A DNA stretch of 64,000 bases from Naegleria gruberi (lineage: Eukaryota), in NCBI GenBank assembly GCA_000004985.1, contig GG738847.1; one strand, given 5' to 3'. Below the pieces are notes generated by a model that was given only the letters and a program-made list of their open reading frames with translations, had not been told where the DNA came from and did not search any database. Positions 20,264-31,155 of the stretch are shown in pieces (position 1 is the first letter of the stretch; every line of letters starts with the position of its first letter). The position numbers and the translations under genes were made by a program.

Positions 20264-21524
20264 TTAATCTACATCATCATTTTCAATAAAATCAGCCTTC
20301 TGTTCCTCCAATTCTAATAATCTCATTTGTTCCTCAATCTCGCTCTGTGTGAGAGAAATATCATCGTCTATTTCATCTTCATTCTCATCGTGATGCACAT
20401 GAACATCATCATCGTCAATCTCAACTTCATAATCATCATCTTGATGTTCCTCTTCTTCCTCTTTGAGTTTTTCTAATTGCTTCTTTTGTTGTTCAATTTG
20501 GAAGTTACGTAAGATTTCTTCTTGTTCCGCATCTGCTTTTTGTTTTCTTTTAAGGTCTTCAGCTTCTTCTTCTTTTCTCTTCTTTTCCTCTTCCTCATAT
20601 GCTGCTTTAGAAAGAGCAATGGCTCTCTCCAATTCATCCTCCTCTCTATTTCTAAAACTATTATTATACATGAACATTGAAGGTGGTTCATACTCTTCTT
20701 CCTCCTCATCACATTTTTCCATTAATGCTTGTGCTTCCTTGTTTTCTGGTTGCTCTTTTAACACAATTGCCAAGTAGGTCTTTGCTCTTTGAAACTCTTT
20801 ATAAAAGTAGAAGCATTTAGCCATAATGTAGACAGATTTAGTATTTTGTAAAACTCTGTATGCATTCTAAATTTAGGTTAAATGTTTGATCAAAAATAAT
20901 CATCAAGGAATGCAATTAAATAATTAGTGTTGTCACTCCCTACTACTTACTTGGGCACATCTAAATGCTTCACCAACATTTCTCATTTCCAACATTACTA
21001 AAGCAGCATTGTTAAATGTATCACGAACCAGTTCTTCAGCTTGATGAAATTGCTCCCTATTTAAACGATTATTAATAATTTGAAATGTTATCTACTTACT
21101 TTGTAGCAGAGATATTTGTATACTTGTTCTCCTTTAAATTGAACCATACTTCTAGAACCTTGTTATAAAATGGAATAGCCTGAAAATTTCAAATGTCATT
21201 ATCTAAAACAGTTTTACTTTCACTTACATCTTCATAACTATTTTTTTTAAACATGGCATTACCGGCCTCCTTGTTCTCTCTTATTCTTGCGATTAACTCT
21301 TCAAAACTAGTTGATCATCACAAGTTTTCCGAATTTTGATCCAATTTATTCCATTAAAAAACAACTACAAACCTTGAAAATTGTACAACTGATTCTACAT
21401 TTTCATCGGCATCTAATTCGGTTCCGTCGTATTCTGGTTCCTTGTGTTGCTCAGCCTGTTGATCACTGGTGGCACCGTTTGGTGTTGAATTATTGTTGGT
21501 GGCTGAATCTTCGGTTGATGTCAT
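20264..21524 (-). CDS. TPR-repeat protein with a C-terminal UIM and an acidic coiled tail. Five exons on minus: about 21524..21373, 21306..21229, ~21158..~21080, ~21070..20951, 20866..20264.
   Basis: Exon peptides: MTSTEDSATNNNSTPNGATSDQQAEQHKEPEYDGTELDADENVESVVQFS | SFEELIARIRENKEAGNAMFKKK.. | AIPFYNKVLEVWFNLKENKYTNISATK | EQFHQAEELVRDTFNNAALVMLEMRNVGEAFRCAQ | NAYRVLQNTKSVYIMAKCFYFYKEFQRAKTYLAIVLKEQPENKEAQALMEKCDEEE.... The TPR consensus is present (GNAMFKK..Y..AI..Y..AL). The tail contains EDELERAIALSKAAYEEEE, a canonical UIM. All donors are GTAAGT/GTTTGT. The exon 2/3 junction has a 1-nt frame problem at a T9 run (see findings). Confidence 0.5.
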
Positions 21525-21815
21525 TTTTTTATAACAATCAAGTTCCACTGTGCATTCAACAAGCAGGTTAGTCTAGACCTTCTCTTCATCAAATAATAAG
21601 AATAGACTAATGTTCATCAAAAATGTTAGTTGAGTGTTGTTAGAATAGACAAGTGTTGGTGTAATTTTGATATTAGTATAAAGTTTCATCCCATCATCAG
21701 CATCAACATGAGAATAATCTATTAAATTTTTGAATATTGTGTGATGATGCAAATTTTAAAGTACAAAAAAATATTTGAATATTGACCCAACAACAAGCAA
21801 CAACAATACTTAACA

Positions 21816-24146
21816 ATGGGTTTTGATAAGAATACTACCGTGTGTGTTCGGAATTTAAGTCCTGAAGTTACTCAAAAGATAGGTTTGATTTTAAATTCAT
21901 CATTTTCTTACAGACAATGTTTACGATTTGGAAAAGTTCTTCCGATTGCGAGTAGGTGATGTAAAGAAAGTAGTACTTGTTACGGATAAACAAACAGAGA
22001 AGAGCAAGGGATTTGCATTTGTTGAATTGTACGTTTTTACTAATAGTTTTTGATGAATTAAATCTGTGGATAGTCCTATTGCAATTTTGGCAAGTGAATG
22101 TTTGAGCAAGTGTAATGGAGCTTCTTTGAATGAAAAGACAATTACTGTTAGACCATATACCGATAAGAAGGAATCTTTGGATAAAAAGAAATCAACCAAG
22201 GAAAAGAAGGAAAAGAAACCAAAAGAAAATGATGTCTTGAGCAAGGATGATCCATTCTATGTTAGTTCAAGTGACGATGAAGATGAAGAAGAAGAAGATA
22301 AACCAGATAAGAATGGAATTTTCCCTAACAGAGTTTTAGTGGTTGCCAGACTTGCAAAATCTATGAATTGGGATCAAGCTATGCAAGCTCTCCAAGAAAA
22401 GTTCAGTAAAATTGGTAAACTGAATAATATCAGAATGCCAAAACAGGGAAGGTTAGTAATTGAATTGTTAAAAATTATACTGAACTCTAATTTCTATTCA
22501 GTAATCACAAGGGATATGCTTTTATCGAATTTAGAAAGGCAAAACATGCCAAGAGAGCTTTGGATTGGGCCAAAAAGAATACAAAGATGAGTGTAGCTTG
22601 GAAAGTTGACCGTGATCAATATGTCAAAAAGAAGCAAGACGCTTTCCTTAAAAAGAAGGAAGAAGAATTCGATAAGGAACAAGAAAAATTCCAAAAACAC
22701 ATGAAAAAGTATACTGAAGGAGAAAAATCTGACGATGAAGAGGATGATGATATTGAGGAACCTGAGGAATATTTTGGAGAGAAGGAAAAGGAATCTAAGA
22801 GTAGTTTGGATGAATTATTTGATGGAGAGGAAAAGGAAGAATCCGATGATGAAAAGGATGATGCTGACGCAGATGAGGACAATCAAGATGATGATGTCGA
22901 AGAGGGTGATGAATCTGATGAGGAGGATCAAGATGATGACATGAGTGTTGGCGAAGAAGATGCTGATGAACAAATGGAAGATGCCGAAAAACCAGAAGGA
23001 GAAGAAGAATCTAAGGAAAAGAAGGAGCAAACAGCTGCTGACTTTAAAAAGACAGTTTTCGTCCAAAATTTACCATTCCAAGCTGGTGTAGATGAAATTA
23101 AGGCCATATTTGAAAAGCACTATGGTTTGGTTGCCTATGTTGCCATTGTTGCCAAGACTGATGGTTTATCAAGTGGTAAAGCTTTCGTCAAATTCAAGAG
23201 ATTCAAGGATGCCAAGAAATGTATCAGAGAAGCCGAAGGAAATCTCATTGAAAAACAACCAGAAAAGAAGAAGGCCTCTGAAAAGATTTCCAAAGAACCA
23301 GAAGAAGAAGAGGAAAGAAATGTTGGTGAAGTTCTTTTGGATGGTAGAAAGTTGCTCATTGCTAGAGCCATCTCTAAGCAATCATCCCAAGAAATTAACA
23401 AGAAGAAGGAAAAGAAGGACGATCCAAGAAATTTGAGATTGGCCAAAATTGGTTTCATTGCTGCCAACAGTCCAGAGGCTAAGGACATGCCAGCTGAACA
23501 CTTGAAGAAGATTCAAAAGAATTGGGCTGAAAAGAATACCAAGCTCAATAATCCAATCTACCACATTTCTCCAACCAGACTTGCTATTCAAAACTTGCCA
23601 AAATCATGGACTGACAAGGATTTGAAGAATCTCGTTTTGGATAAGATTAAATATGATGAAGCTTTGGGTAAAGGAAAGAAACCAAAATTGATTCAAGTCA
23701 AGATTGCTAAGGATAAGGATAGCAAGCAAAGCAAGGGATTCGGCTTTGTAGAATTTGAAAAACATGAAGCTGCTTTGTGTGCTCTCGAAAGACTTAACAA
23801 TAATCCAAAAATTCTCAATCCAAGAGTCAAAGATAATAAGGTTGCCTCAGCAGCTCGTCTCATTGTCGAATTTGCAGTTGAAAATACTATGAAATTGACC
23901 ATTCTCCGAAGGCATCAAACTAACTCTCACAGAGAGAAGGACGATTCTAACATGATATCAGAATTTATTAAGAATAGATACGATCAATCATCCTCATCTT
24001 CAGCTGGTCGTTCCAGACCACCATCACGTGGAGGTAATTACAATAGAAACAATGATAGAAATCAAAAGAGACAAAGAGGTGGTAATGATAACAAACGAAA
24101 ACGTCAAGATAATAATTTTAGAGGTGCAAAGAAGACCAAAAAATAA
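21816..24146 (+). CDS. Four-RRM nucleolar-type RNA-binding protein (Nop4/RBM28-like). Four exons: 21816..21882, 21914..22028, 22074..22451, 22502..24146, about 734 aa.
   Basis: RRM1 reads TVCVRNLSPEVTQK|DNVYDLEKFFRLRVGDVKKVVLVTDKQTEKSKGFAFVEF. RRM2 has the RNP1 motif KGYAFIEF. RRM3 reads TVFVQNLPFQAGVDEIKAIFEKHYG..GKAFVKF. RRM4 reads RLAIQNLPKSWTDKDL..SKGFGFVEF. Long acidic D/E linkers sit between the RRMs, and the C-tail is basic and R/G/N-rich. Donors are GTTTGA, GTACGT and GTTAGT. Confidence 0.65.
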
Positions 24147-24241
24147 AATTACTATTTAAAGAAGATACTTATTTGTGGGCAGAAAGAGATTTTCCTTGTT
24201 TTGAAAATTTGCTCAAACTGTAAAAAAAAGTTTGGTTTCAA

Positions 24242-25658
24242 ATGAGCACTCAACCAACATCAACATTACTTTCACCAAGTCTTTCAAATGATAACCTCCT
24301 TCTCGAACCATCTGAAACCTTGTGTGTAGTGACAGGAATCAATGGTTTCATTGCAAGACATTTGGCTTTCCAATTGTTATGTAAGGGATATCGTGTTGTT
24401 GGTACTATTCGACCACCTCCCAATGAAGAATCATTCCCAAGCACTGATGCCTACATTCTCTCCAAACTTCCCTACATTAATCATTGGTTACAAATCTTTG
24501 AAAATCAACTCTCCATTCAAGTAATTGACTTTACTCAGGATGAAAATGCCAAGACACTTGAGAAAATCTTTGAAGGTGCCTATTGTGTCTTTCACACTGC
24601 AAGTCCTGTCTTTTTCAACTCAGAACCACCATCTGAGGAGGAGGCAGAGGAAATGTACTACAAACCAGCAGTGAATGGAACAAGATTGGTATTGGAGGCT
24701 TGTGAAACAAGTAAAGTCACTCGAGTTGTATTAACCAGTAGTACTGCAACATTGTTCAATCCTTACAATCCTCCAAGGTATGTTATTTTCCTATTTAGTC
24801 AATCTCAAATTAACAAACTTGACAATGAATTTTACACATAATCATCATGATAAAATTGTGTTGATTAGAAGTGGCATTGTATCAGAATGTGATTGGAATC
24901 AATCTAGTAAACTAACAGATGCAATGGGTGCCTACAGAATTTCAAAAGTCAAAGCTGAAAGATTTGCCTGGGAATTTTGTAGATATTTAACTTCTTCACA
25001 CAAGATTCAATTGGTAACTGTTCTACCAACCTTTGTAATTGGACCTCCATTCCCCAACAAGGTATTCGATCAAGAAGAATCCAATCAAATTCTCTGCGAA
25101 AAGGTTGAGAAAATGATTCAAGATTTGACAAGCTCTGAAGAATCGATTGATGTTTTGAAGAAATCTGTTCTAACTTCTTCCATTCTTGAAATTTATAAGA
25201 TTCTCCTTCAAAATGAAGATACCTCCATTGTATTCAACTCTGATAATGTTGGAATTGTTGATGTAAGAGATGTTGCCAATTGTCACATTCTAGCAATGGA
25301 AAAAAGACAAGCCAAAGGAAACAGATTCATTTGTTGTCACTCCACAAGAAACTATGTTGAAACTTTCAATAGAATTGCACAAGTTTTCAGAGAAGACTTT
25401 CATGTTGAGAATGTTAACTTTCTTCCAATTTATGATTCCAACTCAACTGGTGAGTTTTCAATCCAAATGAAAAAGATTGATGGATCCAAAGCTGAGAAAA
25501 CTCTTGGATTGAAATATACTCCATTCGAAAGGACGATTAGAGACATGTGTCAATCATTTGCTGAATTGAAATTTGTAAACTCAAGACCTTCAAGAGAAGA
25601 TGAAAAAACCTCCCAAAGAGAAAGATATACAGTCATGACGGATACACTCTTTCCTTAG
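24242..25658 (+). CDS. NAD(P)-dependent epimerase/dehydratase or short-chain reductase (3beta-HSD/cinnamoyl-CoA-reductase-like). Two exons: 24242..24777, 24869..25658, about 441 aa.
   Basis: Rossmann motif VVTGINGFIARHLAFQLLCKGYRVVG near the N-terminus. Catalytic YxxxK is present (GAYRISKVKAE) in exon 2. The 91-nt intron has a GTATGT donor and a TTAG acceptor, with frame continuity (..NPYNPPR|SGIVSECDW..). Confidence 0.6.
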
Positions 25659-25759
25659 ATTTATATTATGCTCGTCATTACAATATACAATACTCCAAAT
25701 ATGTAAATAACATATTTTAATACTTTACAAAAATCAATCAATTTATTAAAATAAAAAAA

Positions 25760-26311
25760 ATGCCTGTTGATCTAATCGCCTCTCGCCTTCTCTCTGGTAT
25801 TTCCCTGCTCGGATTCCCATCATTTTCCAAAGGATTACTTGATCCTCCGATTGAATCACCCAAGAAGAACCCACAAGATCCATCAAACCCCAAAGTGAAA
25901 CTCTCCAAGCAATGGATGAAACTCTATGGATTGAAGGAGTTAGCCTTGGGTGTGGGTTGTATTGGATCATTTACATTCTATTCAACGCCTATTCATATTA
26001 AATTCCTTCTCCAGATTGGAGTACTTTTAGATGGAGCTGAATTGTGTTATGAATTGATGTATTTGTATTATTGGAGAGGAGTAATAAGTAGGAGGGTGAT
26101 GATTTGGTGGAGTGGAAAGGCTTTGTACTCATTGACGAGTGGCATGTTTTGGTCTGGAATATTGGCCTTGGCTAGTTTGTTTAAAAAGGATCAACCAAAG
26201 GCTTATCTCATGTTGGATGAGATTATGTTTCCTTCTTATATTGCTTTTTGGATGATGTTTTCATTTGTGGGAAATATAATTAATGGAAATAAGAGAGAAG
26301 CAATGAAATAA
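25760..26311 (+). CDS. Small multi-pass membrane protein, 183 aa, function unknown.
   Basis: ATG at 25760. There are 3-4 hydrophobic helices (e.g. LALGVGCIGSFTFY, VMIWWSGKALYSLTSGMFWSGILALASLF, IAFWMMFSFVG). It sits in a clean intergenic position between flanking genes. Confidence 0.4.
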   Translation: MPVDLIASRLLSGISLLGFPSFSKGLLDPPIESPKKNPQDPSNPKVKLSKQWMKLYGLKELALGVGCIGSFTFYSTPIHIKFLLQIGVLLDGAELCYELMYLYYWRGVISRRVMIWWSGKALYSLTSGMFWSGILALASLFKKDQPKAYLMLDEIMFPSYIAFWMMFSFVGNIINGNKREAMK

Positions 26312-26485
26312 GGAGGAAATTGTGGAGTGTGATGGATAAATGAATAGATTTGTTGACATTCAACTTGAGTTAATAAGACAAGATTGGAAATTGGAAATTG
26401 AACCCTTGACATAATACAAGAATTATAAACCCTAAAAGTAGAGAGAATCGTGCATTTTTAATGATTATATTTTATTATAAATTGA

Positions 26486-27631
26486 TTACCACCTAAAAAC
26501 GAAATATGCTAGGGATAATATGAAAATTGAAAGAAGAGCCTTTCTCACAAATGAATATCTATCATTTACATGATTTTCAGTGAGATTTATAGCTTCTTCC
26601 TTAATTGCTTGATGTTGTTTCAATAGGTCACTTTGATTTTCATACCTTTTCAATTGAACTTTCATTCCAAAGTGATCAGAATAGAATAGATAATCCTTTC
26701 TATTGATATTCCCGAATAGAATATTAAAGAGGGTGTACCAGAGTGGTGTATTTAAAGGTTCAGCACTTAAATGTTTGGAAGATTCATGAATTGGCTTGTT
26801 CGCAAAGAGTTTCATTGGTTGACAAGCTCCAAGAGTGTTTGAGTTTCGAATAAGAATTCTATCCAATCTCATTCTCCTCTTTTCCATTCCTAGATATTTA
26901 AATCTAATGAAACTGTTAATCAGTGGATCGAACGTATACCCCTTATCACTTCTGGTCTCTTTCCAAACATCTCTAAATCCAATTTCCTCAATGATTTCGT
27001 CTTCACTTTCGGCATGAAGATTTAAATCTCCCAAAATGATCACCTGATCCATTTCTTGAACATATGAATTGTTGGCAATTGATTTCAATTCGGTTTTTCT
27101 CTGTTCAACATTCTTTGCATAAGCAAGAGTATGAGCTGAAATCATGCACAATTTTTCAGTGCTGTCACATTCAAAGGTTGCCAAAACAAAATGCTTAGAA
27201 ATTGGATTTTCAATCAAATGAACAGCTATTGGGCAAACTTTAGATAAGATTAAATTGCCTTGAAATCCACTTCCCAAACTCTTATTGACAGAATCTGTCA
27301 CATCATCATTGACAATGTCAGTAAAGAAATAGTTCTTTGAAAAGAATTCAGAATCTTGTAATCTCTTCAAAAACCTTGGAGTCACTTCATTCAAAGCCAG
27401 TACATTAAAATTCTCCTCTTCCAACAACTTGACCGTGTGAACAAATCTTTCGTCATCTCTAATAATAATCGATCGAATAATTTTGTACTTTTCGTCCATA
27501 ATATTTAAAGAACCCAATTTGAATGAGTCATTTATGGAAAGCCCTTGATGTGATGTATCAAATTGTACAGTGATCCATTTTTTAGTATTTGAATCAAACT
27601 TGAAAGGTTTCACTTCTTTGATTTGCGTCAT
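26486..27631 (-). CDS. Endonuclease/exonuclease/phosphatase (EEP) family protein, TDP2-like (tyrosyl-DNA phosphodiesterase 2-like), 381 aa.
   Basis: Conserved EEP blocks follow TDP2 order: VLALNEV (LQEV), ISAHTLA (TSHLES), VIILGDLNL (AGDTNL), YTFDP (TWDT), RLDRILIR (RFDRIF) and YSDHFGM (SDHWGL). ATG at 27631. Confidence 0.6.
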   Translation of the reverse strand: MTQIKEVKPFKFDSNTKKWITVQFDTSHQGLSINDSFKLGSLNIMDEKYKIIRSIIIRDDERFVHTVKLLEEENFNVLALNEVTPRFLKRLQDSEFFSKNYFFTDIVNDDVTDSVNKSLGSGFQGNLILSKVCPIAVHLIENPISKHFVLATFECDSTEKLCMISAHTLAYAKNVEQRKTELKSIANNSYVQEMDQVIILGDLNLHAESEDEIIEEIGFRDVWKETRSDKGYTFDPLINSFIRFKYLGMEKRRMRLDRILIRNSNTLGACQPMKLFANKPIHESSKHLSAEPLNTPLWYTLFNILFGNINRKDYLFYSDHFGMKVQLKRYENQSDLLKQHQAIKEEAINLTENHVNDRYSFVRKALLSIFILSLAYFVFRW

Positions 27632-28177
27632 TTTTTTTGATTTTGTTATTGTAATCGAGTTCCAATTGAGTGAATTTATTTGGAATTGGAAAATCGTGCA
27701 ATTCTCCTTGTAGATGAAATTTCAATAATTTAAATTTGCATTTGTTGTACTATCAACATGTTTACAACATTTACATGGAACTCGATTGAATTTCAATTAT
27801 TCCGAATTGACTTGATTGAAATTGAACCATATTTTGATTGGATTAATATTTGTTGCAGATATGGTCTATAACTATTCAAAAATGTTTAACAGAGAAAGCT
27901 TTGCTTATTCATCCATATTGAGTTATTGTCAGGTGGTGGTGGAAGATAATGTGATTTTGTAAGTTTGATGAGCAATCAAGGATCGGATCAGAATGGAATA
28001 CGACTCACTTCAAGTATTATACAAAACATCCATGATTATGTTTTAATTATTACTAAAACACAAAGATGATGATTTTGAAAATACATAGAAAATAAAAAAG
28101 CAAAGATAACAAACAGGACCTCCCTTTTAAGATTTAATTTAAATAATTATATTTCAATTATATTAGTAAATTTATTG

Positions 28178-29035
28178 ATGATGATGATGAATTTCAATCA
28201 AAAGGATCAAAAACCGAGTAAACAAATAATTTCCACTCCCGAACTACTCAACAATTGGAGAAACTCACTTGATCAATGCTATGAACAAGCTAAATATGAT
28301 TTCTACACTTGTATGAATGAACATTTTCCCAATTCTTACAATATCTATAATAATAATACAAATGTAAATACAACAACCACCAATATTAACAATAATACCA
28401 GCAATACAATGAATAATAATAATACTATTAAAGGAATAAAACTATGGGAAAAAAAGAAGGAAATTAGAGAAGTGGAACAAGTGACCTCACTCTTTAGAAA
28501 TTCACCTCCCGAATCAAACTTTTACAAATGGCTTGGAGTTTCAGAGTTTGAATATTCGAATGGATCTATTGTGGAATTGTTTTCGTATATTACAAAGGAA
28601 AATGATATGGAACAGAGGAGAAAGTGGGATCCAGATTTGGAGGAATTGAAGAGTATTGCCATGTTGGATGAAAAGAATTGGAGAATTTGCTTTCAGGTTT
28701 ACAATACTAATACTAGATTTGTTTCGAATAGAGAATTTGTGATTCAGTATGATATTTATGAGGAATGTGAAAATGTAGCATGGTTGATATGTCAGTCAGT
28801 TTCTGATTTTCCAGAAATGGAGGATTCACAAGCTCCCTATCGAAGAGGAAATGTTAGAGGTTTTGTTCATTCAGTTGCTTGGAGAATTGAAAAGATAAAT
28901 AATGGAGAGAAATTCAAATTGAGTTTTTGTATTCACTCAGATCCAGGAGGTATGATTAGTTCAACCATTTACAATCTCGTCAGTGAGAAACAAGCCCTGA
29001 ATACCTATCGAATTATTAAGGCAATAAATTTGTAA
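28178..29035 (+). CDS. START (StAR-related lipid-transfer) domain protein, PCTP-like, about 285 aa, with an N/T-rich N-terminal low-complexity region.
   Basis: The C-terminal 200 aa follow the START/Bet v1 pattern (..RRKWDPDLEELKSIAML..REFVIQYDIYEE..RGFVHSVAWRIEKINNGEKFKLSFCIHSDPGGMISSTIYNLVSEKQALNTYRIIKA). The first ATG is at 28178; the track start at 28175 is a TTG. Confidence 0.55.
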   Translation: MMMMNFNQKDQKPSKQIISTPELLNNWRNSLDQCYEQAKYDFYTCMNEHFPNSYNIYNNNTNVNTTTTNINNNTSNTMNNNNTIKGIKLWEKKKEIREVEQVTSLFRNSPPESNFYKWLGVSEFEYSNGSIVELFSYITKENDMEQRRKWDPDLEELKSIAMLDEKNWRICFQVYNTNTRFVSNREFVIQYDIYEECENVAWLICQSVSDFPEMEDSQAPYRRGNVRGFVHSVAWRIEKINNGEKFKLSFCIHSDPGGMISSTIYNLVSEKQALNTYRIIKAINL

Positions 29036-29215
29036 TTTTGTTAAAGTGAACTGCTTTCTATTGAATTCAGTAGAACAGATCTATCAGTCTGTGCTTTTAG
29101 GTGAAGTGAGGTTGAGGTGGTAATTTTCTGCAATGTTGATCGATAGATTTCTTTTATCGATTTGTATCCCAAAAAGGAATTAAAAAAAATTAAAAAATTA
29201 TATAATTTATATTAT

Positions 29216-30864
29216 TTAGAAAAGTGGAATACCAGCTTCAGCATCACTTTCGACACCACATTCATCAGAACCTCTCAAAATCTTAAAGTAACCATTGTCT
29301 CCCCAAGTTGTTGACCAACTGTTCTTAATCTTCCAATATGGAGTACCATTTTCAACACCCCAACCAACCATCAAGACAGCATGATTGACAACTTCAAAGT
29401 GTGGAATCATTTCATCTTCAGAGAGACCTTGAGCCTTCAATTCTTCAGCAGTAACGTGCTTGTAAACACCGTGCTTGTAGTTTCTCAAATCTGGATAAAC
29501 TTCGAACCCAATAGCAAGTGGACCATTTTGATAAATTTCGTGCATCATGGACAATTCGTGAGAGTTACCATAATAACCACCAACAAAGTAATAGTTTGAA
29601 GAATGGAGACGTTGTTGTCTATTGACTGGACATTGATTGCTGCACTTTCCGAGATCGTGTCCTTGATATGGGTCACAACTTTCAACAGTAAGACCATAAT
29701 CCATAGCATATTTACCAACGAGGAATGGGAAACCACCATCACATCCTTGAGAATAAGCAGAACAATCAACAATGTCTTGTGGTGAGTAAACTGGGACTTG
29801 AGTAAGGTTGGAAGGAATTCTAACTCTACTGCCAAACATGTCACTTGAACTGAAAGCGTAGCAAGATCCGCATTGCTTTTTCCATATTTGGTAATTCAAT
29901 TAAATAAATGTCCATATTTGAATAAATAAATAAAAAATAAATAAAAAAAATAAATAAAAAATAATTAAAAAAAACATACCTCTTGATTTCTGACTGGGAC
30001 AACAAAGTCACGTCCATTAACATTAGTCCAATCGAATTCAGTTGGGAGAGAAGCTCTCAACTTTTCAGCATCTTGAGATTCGAATTGACCAGTCTTACCA
30101 TTGAAAAGGGTAACCTTATCAGCATTCATAGCTCTGAGCTTGGCTTGTTGCTTCTTCAAGTTTCTAGTCTTTTGATAACTTCTTCTGTATGAACCAGTAA
30201 TTCTCTTCAATTCAGCAAAGGTCATACCTTCGAATTGCTTGTGAGCAGTAGCCTTCCATGTGGATTGAGCCTTATTCAATGCTTGAATATATCTGTCATT
30301 GTTAACAAAGACGGTGGAGTGTTCAAAATCTCTCTTAATCTTTTCTTCAGCATGGTCAATGGAGTGAACAGTCTTAGCTTGGAAGCTTGATGACTTGAAT
30401 CCCTTGAAACAACCCCACTTCTTAGCTGGAATAGAGTTATCGTGATAAGTACCAACAAAGGTTTGGTCACAGTGAGAAGTAACAATGGTGTGATTGTTAA
30501 CATTAGCTTCAGTATAGTTGAAGAATGCAAAGTACTTCAATCCGTCAACTTTAATTTCCATACCTTGGTCATAAACCATAGTGAAATGACCACGGACAGT
30601 TGGTTTACCCATCAAGATGGCAATATTTGGTTCAGAGAGTTTAATAGTAACAGTGTCGAGCTTGGTTGTTGGCAATTGCTTCTTATCAATAGAACATTGA
30701 TTATAAATAACTTGGTTATCATAGTTTGGTTCGGTCTTGTAGAAAGTCCAGGTACCGTAAACATTTTCATACAAGCAGTGGACTGGAATGTCGGCCAAGG
30801 CTAATTGGCAAGCAACACCCAAGAAGAAAACTGCTGCGAGAATCTTGGCGAATTGTGATTTCAT
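29216..30864 (-). CDS. CTSC: Cathepsin C / dipeptidyl-peptidase I (papain-family C1). Two exons: 30864..29980 and 29875..29216, about 514 aa.
   Basis: There is a signal peptide plus an N-terminal exclusion domain (..DIPVHCLYENVYGTWTFY..). The pro-region is followed by RNQE|QCGSCYAFSSSD. The CGSCY(S/A)F active-site Cys motif is the cathepsin C variant. Catalytic His (NHAVLMVGWG) and Asn (IKNSWSTTWGDNGYF) are present. The 104-nt AT-rich intron has a GTATGT donor and AAAAG acceptor, in phase 0. Confidence 0.75.
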
Positions 30865-31155
30865 TTTTTTAAAGCTAAAAAAAAAATTTGAAAAAATCGG
30901 AGCGTTAATTTTGTAAACGGAGTTGGGACTGAGAAAATTTTTTATTAGATGTTTTTGATTGGCTCCGTTTTGAATGTTGATGTTTTGTGTAGTTTACATC
31001 TGAGGATGATGCATGATAGAGATGAACATTGTAAAGTTTGGTTCAAGTTGTTTGTGTGCCGCCATTGGTGTGTGAAATGTGTTGGTGGAAGAGATACTTG
31101 GATGGTTGCTACTGTCCAATGATAAATAATTAGTTTTAAACCAATTTCCATAGTT

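Noticed and set aside
29900-29964. (AAATA)n-like low-complexity run near cathepsin C.
   Set aside because: It lies inside the cathepsin C intron and is simple AT-rich intron filler, not a structured repeat element.
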